Source of the DNA: Gammaproteobacteria bacterium
GTDB taxonomy: Bacteria > Pseudomonadota > Gammaproteobacteria > Ga0077536
NCBI GenBank assembly: GCA_963662545.2
Contig: CAXXLL010000002.1
Location: 1,280,001 to 1,344,000, forward strand
Direction: 5' to 3'
DNA length: 64,000 nucleotides
Made by a program: the position numbers and the translations under genes
Shown here: positions 13,701-23,029 of the stretch, piece by piece
How the letters are laid out: each line of letters begins with the position of its first letter
Position numbering within the stretch: the stretch's first letter is position 1
Notes under the pieces: model-generated
The model's database searches: none
What the model was told of the DNA's origin: nothing
Seen by the model: only the letters and a program-made list of their open reading frames with translations

Positions 13701-16700
13701 CGATACTGGTCGGCAGTCTCACCATCTCGGGCGGGACCTTGACTGGGACGGGGGACATCATCGTCACCGGCCTGACCAGTTGGTCGGGTACCAGCACCAT
13801 CGGCGGCTTGGGGACCAGCCTATTTGCGGACGGCGGCCTGAACCTGACTACCGCCGTCTCAACGACCTGGACGCTGGATCGAGCACTGGTGCTCGGTGGC
13901 AACAGTTCCTGGTCGCCCAACACCAACCAAGGCGGCAAGGTGCTCACCGGCGCTGGGTCTATCACCAACAATGCGATCCTGGATCTTACGCCGAACGATT
14001 TTATCAGTCCTTCCGAGGCTCGTCGTTTGCAAGTGCAGGTGCCCTTCACCAACACGGCGATGGGCACGGTGACCAAGAGCGGCGGCAACGTGCGGGCCGA
14101 TTTCCAGATGACCTTTGTACAACGCGGGGGTGGTGGAGGGCGACGCTCTGTCACTGCACGTATCCGGCTTTACGAATATCGGGGACTTCGGGCCGCTGGG
14201 CGGCGGATTATGCAGTTCGCGGGTACACATGCCTTCAATAGCGGCGTTGATTTCACCGGGGCGGGTACGGTGGACGTCCTGAGTGACACCAGCACCCTGG
14301 CGACCGGGGTGACCACACCATGAATATCGGTGGCACCATCAATTCGCGATCAACACCATCGCCGGATCAACGCTGACCAATACCAGCGGTACGCTGACGA
14401 TCAATAGCAATTCGATACTGGTCGGCAGTCTCACCATCTCGGGCGGGACCTTGACTGGGACGGGGGACATCATCGTCACCGGCCTGACCAGTTGGTCGGG
14501 TACCAGCACCATCGGCGGCTTGGGGACCAGCCTATTTGCGGACGGCGGCCTGAACCTGACTACCGCCGTCTCAACGACCTGGACGCTGGATCGAGCACTG
14601 GTGCTCGGTGGCAACAGTTCCTGGTCGCCCAACACCAACCAAGGCGGCAAGGTGCTCACCGGCGCTGGGTCTATCACCAACAATGCGATCCTGGATCTTA
14701 CGCCGAACGATTTTATCAGTCCTTCCGAGGCTCGTCGTTTGCAAGTGCAGGTGCCCTTCACCAACACGGCGATGGGCACGGTGACCAAGAGCGGCGGCAA
14801 CGTGCGGGCCGATTTCCAGATGACCTTTGACAACGCGGGGGTGGTGGAGGGCGACGCTGTGGTGGCCCTCACGCTCAGCGGCGGCGGCACCCACATCGGG
14901 GACTTCAGTACTGCTGGCGGGGGGCTACTGCAGTTCGCGGGTACACATGCCTTCAATAGCGGCGTTGATTTCACCGGGGCGGGTACGGTGGACTTCTTGA
15001 GTGACACCAGCACCCTGGCGACCGGGGTGACCTACAACATGAACATGAGTGGCACCACTCGTGTTTCCGGCGCGACCGTCAATTTCGACAGCAGCGGCAT
15101 CACCAGCCTCGGCAACTTCGCGGTCAGCGCTGGCACGGCCAATCTGAATACCGGTAATACGCAGACCCTGACGACTTTGTCGGTCAGTAGCGGCATTTTG
15201 CAAGGCGCCGATGACATCATCGTCACCGGCCTGACCAGTTGGTCGGGTACCAGCACCATCGGCGGCTTGGGGACCAGCCTATTTGCGGACGGCGGCCTGA
15301 ACCTGACTACCGCCGTCTCAACGACCTGGACGCTGGATCGAGCACTGGTGCTCGGTGGCAACAGTTCCTGGTCGCCCAACACCAACCAAGGCGGCAAGGT
15401 GCTCACCGGCGCTGGGTCTATCACCAACAATGCGATCCTGGATCTTACGCCGAACGATTTTATCAGTCCTTCCGAGGCTCGTCGTTTGCAAGTGCAGGTG
15501 CCCTTCACCAACACGGCGATGGGCACGGTGACCAAGAGCGGCGGCAACGTGCGGGCCGATTTCCAGATGACCTTTGACAACGCGGGGGTGGTGGAGGGCG
15601 ACGCTGTGGTGGCCCTCACGCTCAGCGGCGGCGGCACGCACACCGGGGACTTCAATATCACTGCCGGTAATCTTTTACAGCTCGTCGGCGTACATACGTT
15701 GAGCAACACCACGTCCATAAGCGGCGATGGCACCCTGGACGTGCTCGGCATCCCCGGCGGGTTGGTCATTAACGGCACGGTCGCACCCGGCGCTTCGATT
15801 GGTACGCTCAGCGTGACCGGTAACGTGACGTTCAACACTGGCGGCGCCTTGGAAGTAGAATTGGGCACCGCGCTGGCCAGGGATGTACTCAGCGTGAACG
15901 GCCAGGTGGATATCATCGCCGGTGCCGTCCTGAATATTATCGCTGACCCGCCTTACACGGGTGTCCTATCGGACAACTTCACCGGCGTCATTACCACGAC
16001 GGGCATGCTGAACGGCACGTTCACGACGATCAACCAGGATCCGAATTTCAGCGTCGCACCTTCGTACACGATCGGCGGTCCGGGCGATTTATCGCTGCTC
16101 GTTTCCGGCTTCACGAACACCTGGATTGGTTTACTCGTCGGCGGGTTGTGGAATGTACCCGGGAACTGGTCGCTCGCCGCAATTCCCATTGCGTCCCATG
16201 ACGTGCTTTTCAACACCCCCGCGAACGTCAATCAGAATATCGGCGGCACCATCAATTCCATCAACACCATCGCCGGATCGACGCTGACCAATACCAGTGG
16301 CACGCTGACGATCAATAACGATTCGATGCTGGGTGGAAATATCATTGTATCTGGCAGTAGTACGCTGACAGGTCCGGGCAATGTCACGGTCACGGGCCTG
16401 ACGAATTGGGCTGGCAACGGCACCACGATCGACGGGTCGGGGACGTTGTTTGCGAACGGTGGCTTCGACATCAACGCGGGCGGCGGCACGAGCCGGACGC
16501 TGAACCGTTTGGTGGTGATTGATGGCAACAGTACCTGGACGGACAGTTTCGGAAGCAATGTCTTCGGTACGGGCACGATCCGGAATCTGTTGGGGAACAC
16601 CATCACCGCGACCAATACCGCCGACTTCAATTTCAATCCCACTTTAGACAACTTGGGCACCTTCACGCAGACGGGCAGCGGCACCTTCAACATCAATGGC

Positions 16701-19700
16701 GGGCTGACGAACAACAACATCGTCAACGCCAACGGCGGCAAGACCGCGATCAATACCAACGGCACGGTCACGGGCGCGTTCAACATCGGGCCCAGCGGCA
16801 TCCTGGCGGTGACCAGCGGCACGACGGTGTTCGACGCCTTGTCCAGCATCACCGGCACGGGTTCGACGCCTTGTCCAGCATCACCGGCGGGCGGCGCTGT
16901 AAATTTTGATACGAGCGCGACGGTTGATGGCACCTACAACGTCACGGGCAACACGCTCCTACGGAATACGAGTACGGTGGCGACCTTCAACACGGCGGCA
17001 CAGATGGGGAGTCTGACCCTCACCCAGAACGGGCCGCGTCTGACGGGGTCGGGCAATGTCACGGTCACGGGCCTGACGAATTGGGCTGGTGGCGGCACCA
17101 CGATCGACGGGTCGGGGACGTTGTTTGCGAACGGTGGCTTCGACATCAACGCGGGCGGCGGCACGAGCCGGACGCTGAACCGTTTGGTAGTGATTGATGG
17201 CAACAGTACCTGGACGAACAGTTTCTCCAGCAATGTCTTCGGTACGGGCACGATACGGAATCTGTTGGGGAACACCATCACCGCGACCAACACCGCCGAC
17301 TTCAATTTCAATCCTACTTTAGACAACTTGGGCACCTTCACGCAGACGGGCAGCGGCACCTTCAACATCAATGGTGCCCTGACGAACAACAACATCGTCA
17401 ATGTGCAAGCTGGGCGAACCCAGGTTAATTCGACCTTCACGAACAACGGTACGATCAATCTCGGCGGTGGTATTTTCGCCGCGACCGGTGCAACGTTCGA
17501 TAACGCCGGTACGATCCAAGGCACGAGCACCCTGAACGTGTCAGGCACCACGTTCACCAACCAGTCCGGCGGTATTGTTGCGCCCGGCACTTCGATCGGC
17601 ACGATGCTCCTTACCGGCAATGCGATCTTCGCGTCGGGCAGCATCTTCCGCGCTGAGGTCGAGAACGGCACCTCCGACGTGCTGGCCGCGACCGGCACGG
17701 TCACGATTCAACCGGGCGCCATTCTCGATATCTTGCTGAGCGGCGGCCCGGCCCCCGTGGGCGGCGAGATGTTCAACGTCATCACAGGCGCCACGGTTAT
17801 CACTACGTTTGACACGGTACTCGAGCCGGTCGGCTTGAGCTTCGGGCAGGCGAATCCCGGGGGCACGGCGCTGGAACTCACCTTGCTGGGCGGCGCCAAC
17901 ACTTGGACGGGCCCGCTGGTCGGCGAATTCTGGGGTAACGCCGGCAACTGGACGCTGGGCGTGCCGTCGATGTTCGACGACGTCATCATCAATACCGCCG
18001 CGACCATAACGCACAATTTATTGGTTGCGGACACCATCAATTCACTGACCACGATCGCGGGATCGCTGCTGGATATGACCGGCGGATCCCTGGATATCGT
18101 CGTCAATTCGATCCTGGGCGGTGAACTCCGTCTGGCGGGTGGCGACGTTGGTGGGGCGGGGAACCTGACGGTCAATACGCTGACCCACAGCGCCGGTACG
18201 CTCGGTAGCAGTGGCACCGTCATGGTTAGCAACGCGTTCAACTTCAGCGGCGGCACGCTCGCCGCAAATCTCGATACGCTGGCTTCGAGCTCGAACACCT
18301 TGAGCGGCGCCGCAGCCAAGACGATATCGGGCGTAACCTGGAATACCTTTGGCCCAACGAGCTGGACCGCCGGTGATATCAATCTGGTGGGCGGCGCGAC
18401 GATCAACAATCAAAGCGGCGCCGTGTGGAATATCTTGACCGTCGGGTCCGCCGACGATATGCAGGGCGCCGGTACCTTCAACAGCCTCGCCAGCAGTACA
18501 GTCAATGCCAACGCGCCGGGCGGCTCCAACAGCATCCATCCGACAACGGTAAATCATGCTGGCACCATTAATGTGCTTTCGGGCGATCTGGACTTTGCCG
18601 GTCCGGGCACCTCCATTTTCACCTTCAGCGGGCCGATCAATTTTTCGAATGGCACTCGGATCAAGCCCTACACCTTCGCTGGAGCCCCGACCTTGAATTT
18701 CAACACGGGTACGAGCATCAGTGTTGTGTCCGGTACCGCCGAGATCCTTGTCGACGTTAACGTGCCGGTGAATTTCAACGCGCCGCTGGTCATGCCGAAC
18801 AACTTCGCGTTGAATCAGAGCAGCGGTACGGTCACGGTCAATGCAGCCGTGACGGTCGGCGATTTCAACCAGACCGGTGGAACGTTCACCGGCGCTGGCA
18901 ACCTCACGGCGACGAACAGCTTCACGCAGTCCGCTGGCTCGCACGCCGGAGCTGGCATGACGACACTGGGTCCGGCGGTCGTCTTCGCGCCCGGCGGTTA
19001 CACTTTCAATCGGCTATTCGACATCGACGGAACGCTCAACCACGGCGTCGGCACCTTGACCACGAATAACCTCGTGAATATCGACGGCGCGTTTAACTGG
19101 ACCGGTGGAACGGTAATGGGGAACTTCGCTACCGGTGCGACGAGCAATACGACGATCAACGGTACGTCGATCCTCGACGGCACGATGACTAGTGCGGGAG
19201 TGACGCAGGTCAATGGATTGCTGCAGGTACAGACCGGCGGCGTTATCAATGTAATCGGAGGCGTCTTCGGCGGCAACGGTGTCATCGACGTATCGTTGGA
19301 CACGGTGACGGCGGGGACCTCTCCGGGATTCTTGTCCATCATCGGGAATTTCACGCAGGGAGCGCTGGGTACCTTATTAGTGGATTTAGCCGCTCCGGGA
19401 TTGACGCCTGGGGCGGACTTTGACTTCATCAGCATCACGGGCACGGCGAATCTGGGCGGCACCTTGCTGGTGAATCCGCTGGGCGGTTTTATACCGCCAA
19501 CGGGGACCGGTTTCGACATTCTGAACTTCAGCGCGGTGAACGGAAATTTCGCCAGCATCGCGAGCACGTCCACGCAGACGTTCAGCGGTGTGCCGGGCGC
19601 GACGAATTTCGTGTTGACCGCGGGCACGCCGCCGGCGATACCGATGATGCCGATAATGATGGAGCCCGAGTCCGCGCCACCCTTGCCGCCGCCCAATCAG

Positions 19701-19865
19701 GAAGCGAACGTCATTGGCGATATCGGCGGCAGCGGCATCGGCAGTGGATTCGGCGACGGTACCGGCACAGACGGCGATGGCGACGGTGACGATGACGGGA
19801 GCGGATCGGATGGCTCAGACGACGGTGACGGTGACACCCCACTGCCGCAACTCTGCAGCGCCTGA
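4760..19865 (+). CDS. Giant filamentous haemagglutinin-family exoprotein (TpsA), ~5,000 codons, interrupted at ~12630, ~12900 and ~14120-14350
   Basis: RBS GGAGG then TTG at 4760. Signal peptide …SPALA, then a TPS secretion domain (IINWQSFGI…NRV…LLNPNGII). Gly/Thr/Asn-rich beta-helix repeats continue across ORFs 4601-12631, 12628-12903, 12887-14323 and 14451-19865 in the same style. Confidence 0.85.
10078..11108 (+). repeat. Near-identical ~240-bp intragenic direct repeat (10078-10319 / 10867-11108)
   Basis: Both copies encode TFANGGITVTTNSGSRRLNGRDLDST…PVQKTGSF with essentially identical DNA. Confidence 0.9.
13753..15637 (+). repeat. Three near-identical 360-430-bp intragenic repeats (~13753-14117, 14466-14890, 15213-15637)
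   Basis: Each encodes DIIVTGLTSWSGTSTIGGLG…NVRADFQMTF. The identical off-frame shadow ORFs (MVGYQHHRR…) recur three times. Confidence 0.9.
16378..17400 (+). repeat. Two near-identical ~350-bp intragenic repeats (~16378-16725 / ~17052-17400)
   Basis: Both encode GNVTVTGLTNWAG.GTTIDGSGTLFANGG…GTFNING.LTNNNIVN. Confidence 0.85.
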
Positions 19866-19879
19866 AGTTGATTTCGCGC

Positions 19880-21313
19880 ATGAATTTAAATCGCCCGGAC
19901 TCGTGTTCATACTTCATCGCGCTCACGCTGTTGCTCGTCGTGAGTGCCGAGGTGAGTGCCGCGCCCGCCGGCAAGATCGTCGCGGCGCGCGGCGCCGTTA
20001 CCATTCAATCGGCGGAAGGGGTGGCGCGGCTGGTGGGACGTGAAGATCCGATCTTTTCGGGCGATGTTCTGACCACCGGCAAGAAGAGCTTCGCTATCCT
20101 CGAGTTCAACGACGACACGCGTATGGCGCTGCGTCCTGATTCCGTGTTCAAAGTAGAGCAGTGGAGTATCGAACCCGAGCAGGAGAGCGCGGTGACGCGG
20201 TTGTTCAAAGGCGGCCTGCGCGCGGTCACGGGGTTCATCGCGCGACGCAATTCCCGGGCGTTTCGGGTGAATACCTCGGTTGCGACGATCGGGATCCGCG
20301 GAACGACCTTTGACGCGCGGTTGTGCGAAGGGGGCGAGTGCGAGGAGGATGCCCGGGCTGCCTCCGGGTTAACGGTTCCGCGCAGCCAGGCGATCGGTCG
20401 CGTCGCCTTCGTGAAGGGCACCGCGACGTCCCGCAAACGGGATGCCAACTACGCGCGCCCGGTCGCAGCGGGATCGCCGCTGTACGAAGGCGATACCGTC
20501 TCGACTGCGCCGAATTCCTATGCGGTCTTGATCTTCAAGGATCGCAGCCGAGTGACCCTGCGCGCGAACACCGTGTTCGAGATCGAGGCGATGAAGTACA
20601 CGGAGGACAAGGCGGACGAAGATTCGTCCGTGATGCGGCTGGTGCGGGGGGGCTTGCGTGCGGTCACGGGCTTCATCGGCAAGCGCAATGCCAGCCGCGT
20701 ACGTTACCGGACGGCGGTCGCGACCATCGGCATCCGGGGCTTTGGCTTCGATCTCGTATGCATAGACGCTTGCGGCGCGGACGCCCAATCGAGCACCTGG
20801 AATCTTGGCGACATGATCTTACCGAACGCATACGCCGCTGACGCGCTACCGCCCGGCTTGCTGGCGAGGTCGTGGTTAAGCGATATTTTCGCCTTAATTA
20901 ACGGCCGGGAATTCGAGATCCCCGAAGGTAAGGTGATCTTCATTCCACTGTCGTCATTAATTCCGCAGGAATTACTGCAAATGCCGTTCGAGATCGAAGA
21001 GCCGCGCCCTAATGACGTCGACCTGGACGAAGACGCGTTGTTTGAATACGGTCAGAGCCAGGAGGGCGCGGATGGCTTGCATGTCGCGTGCCTCGAAGGA
21101 ACGGCCTGCGCCGTCGGCGACGAGATCCTGGCGGTCGGCGAAGGCTTATATACCAGCGAAGACGGCACCACGGTGATCCGCACGGCATATGCCGCGGGCT
21201 TCCTTGTCAATGACAAATACTTCAAGACCATTGACGTACCACCGGACGTGCTCGATCTGCTTTACAACCTCGATGCCGCGGATGGCGCCGTCGGTGAGTG
21301 TACGGCGCAGTAG
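19880..21313 (+). CDS. Secreted tandem FecR-domain protein
   Basis: Signal peptide …VSAAPA. Two FecR-like units (GD.L.T…F.D…L..…GGLRAVTGFI…ATIGIRG..FD), each followed by a Cys pair. Confidence 0.85.
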   Translation: MNLNRPDSCSYFIALTLLLVVSAEVSAAPAGKIVAARGAVTIQSAEGVARLVGREDPIFSGDVLTTGKKSFAILEFNDDTRMALRPDSVFKVEQWSIEPEQESAVTRLFKGGLRAVTGFIARRNSRAFRVNTSVATIGIRGTTFDARLCEGGECEEDARAASGLTVPRSQAIGRVAFVKGTATSRKRDANYARPVAAGSPLYEGDTVSTAPNSYAVLIFKDRSRVTLRANTVFEIEAMKYTEDKADEDSSVMRLVRGGLRAVTGFIGKRNASRVRYRTAVATIGIRGFGFDLVCIDACGADAQSSTWNLGDMILPNAYAADALPPGLLARSWLSDIFALINGREFEIPEGKVIFIPLSSLIPQELLQMPFEIEEPRPNDVDLDEDALFEYGQSQEGADGLHVACLEGTACAVGDEILAVGEGLYTSEDGTTVIRTAYAAGFLVNDKYFKTIDVPPDVLDLLYNLDAADGAVGECTAQ

Positions 21314-21340
21314 AAATCGCTGACGATCATTATCCAGCGA

Positions 21341-21398
21341 AGCAAAAGGGGACATTCAACTTTTTCGATTTCGAAAAAGTTGAATGTCCCCTTTTGCT
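21341..21398. repeat. Perfect 28-bp inverted repeat (GGGGACA…TGTCCCC class), probable bidirectional terminator
   Basis: agcaaaaggggacattcaactttttcga-tt-tcgaaaaagttgaatgtccccttttgct, lying between convergent stop codons. Confidence 0.85.
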
Positions 21399-21415
21399 CC
21401 CCCTTTTTCTCGCAG

Positions 21416-23029
21416 TTACCGGCCTTCGACGATGAATGCGCCGTTGATGGAGAAGGGTGGATAGGAAGGTTGGGACGTGTTGCCCTGAAATGCTCCGGTC
21501 ACGGCCCCGGCGGCCACGCCATTGATCGCAAGGCCGGCCGGCCCGAAGACCGTCGTGCCAAACATTGTACAGCCACTGTTACACATGCCGCCGGCGCCGG
21601 CGGCGATATCGGGCGCGGACCCGGCGGGTACCGTGATCGAGCTTGCGCCCGAATTGAAGAAGAGAAACCCGTTATTGATTTTATTTGTAGTAGGCATGAA
21701 CGACTGCAGTTTGAAATGGGAGCCGCTCGGGAAGGTGCCGGGATCCGGGTTGTCCGGATGGGCGAGGCCGGGCGGTGCCACTTCGACCAGGAAGTTGTCG
21801 ATGTTGCCGCCGTTCGTGTAATCGACTTCAATGCGGACGTAGGTGCGGACGTTCGCGACTTCCGTCAGGGTGTTCGAGCCGGCAGTGAGAGCCGCCAGGG
21901 TGCCGCCGATGTCCTGGTCATAGATCAACTGGACGCCCACCGGCAATTCGTTATCGGGCGTCGGTTCCGTCGACGCGATCCAGGTGAAGTGCCCGACCGA
22001 TTGCACGATGGCCCCGAAGAAATCAGTCACTGTCCAAAGGTTGATCACGCGGCCCCATTCGGTGGCATAAGTATTATTGAAGGTAGAGCCATCCGGCGCG
22101 GGGTCGACCACCTCCATACCGCTGTTGCTCGTAAACACACAGGTTTCACACGGGAACCCCGTGAACCACTCGAAAAAATCCAGTGAGCCGAAGGTCGCGG
22201 TATTCAACATACCGTCCGTTTCCTCGCCGTCCGCCAGGCTGTTGAGATTCATCCCGGTGTCGATGAAGGGAAACGCAACGCTGATGTGGGTGCCATCCGG
22301 CGCCGGACCCGCGGGAATCGGTCCTTCGGCGGTTTCCAGCGGTACCTCGCCGCTTTCGAAATCCCGCTGTTCTTCCTCGGGGTCGTAATAGGTCAGGTCT
22401 TCCTGATCACCCGCGCCGTCGACCGGCAGGCATGGCGAGTTGCAGATGTATTCGCCGGGACCAAGGTCGGACTCTAGGCCGGTGTCCGGATCGGTGGCGG
22501 TGAATCCGCCGAAGTCGACGTTGATACGCAAACTATCCGGCGTGAGGTAGCGGAAATAACCGCCGCTGCCGCGGATGCCGATGGTGGCGACCGAGGTCCG
22601 CAGACGCCAGCCCGAGCGGTTGGAGCGGGCGATCGCGCCAGTGACCAGGCGCACGCCGCCGCGGACGAGGTTGAAGAAACTGCGGCTGCGGCTGGGCGCG
22701 GCGTCGTCGTAGCTGTAATCCTCGAAGGCGTATTCCGTTTGGGGGTTGAGCGCGATGAAACTGCCGTCGGTCAGTTTGAGCTGTGCACGGCCCTTGCCGG
22801 TGACGACGGTGTCGCCGGAGGCGATGAAATCCCCACGCTTCACGGAGCGCCGGCTGCCGCTGGCATCGGTGGCGCTGACATCGCCGATGGCGTAGATGAT
22901 CTTGGCCGCATGTGAAGCCGCGACGGCGGAGGCCGGGGCCAGCGCCGCAGCGAAAAGAAAGAGTACGGCAGCGGCCGTCGAAGTCAGGAAAGCCGGAGCC
23001 CTGAAGGAAGTCGAGTTGTCAGAAGTCAT
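21416..23029 (-). CDS. Secreted FecR-domain protein with C-terminal TbpB/HphA-like beta-barrel (putative Slam/T11SS cargo)
   Basis: Signal peptide; N-terminal FecR (…TSVATIGIRGS); acidic linker; C-terminal strands GTTVFGPAG…GAVTGAFQG…INGAFIVEGR resembling the TbpB-barrel FYGP/GxF pattern. Confidence 0.7.
   Translation of the reverse strand: MTSDNSTSFRAPAFLTSTAAAVLFLFAAALAPASAVAASHAAKIIYAIGDVSATDASGSRRSVKRGDFIASGDTVVTGKGRAQLKLTDGSFIALNPQTEYAFEDYSYDDAAPSRSRSFFNLVRGGVRLVTGAIARSNRSGWRLRTSVATIGIRGSGGYFRYLTPDSLRINVDFGGFTATDPDTGLESDLGPGEYICNSPCLPVDGAGDQEDLTYYDPEEEQRDFESGEVPLETAEGPIPAGPAPDGTHISVAFPFIDTGMNLNSLADGEETDGMLNTATFGSLDFFEWFTGFPCETCVFTSNSGMEVVDPAPDGSTFNNTYATEWGRVINLWTVTDFFGAIVQSVGHFTWIASTEPTPDNELPVGVQLIYDQDIGGTLAALTAGSNTLTEVANVRTYVRIEVDYTNGGNIDNFLVEVAPPGLAHPDNPDPGTFPSGSHFKLQSFMPTTNKINNGFLFFNSGASSITVPAGSAPDIAAGAGGMCNSGCTMFGTTVFGPAGLAINGVAAGAVTGAFQGNTSQPSYPPFSINGAFIVEGR

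Noticed and set aside
13753-15637. Long direct repeats considered as CRISPR or diversity-generating retroelement TR/VR
   Set aside because: The repeats are hundreds of bp, in-frame and coding. There are no spacers, no adenine-specific variation and no cas or reverse-transcriptase gene.
4721-19696. Many long minus-strand ORFs (Val/Pro/Leu-rich) within tpsA
   Set aside because: Antisense shadows of a GC3-biased Gly/Thr/Asn-rich gene, with no independent motifs.
21380-22186. 268-aa + strand ORF
   Set aside because: It starts within the hairpin and lies antisense to the FecR-barrel cargo gene, so it is treated as a shadow ORF.
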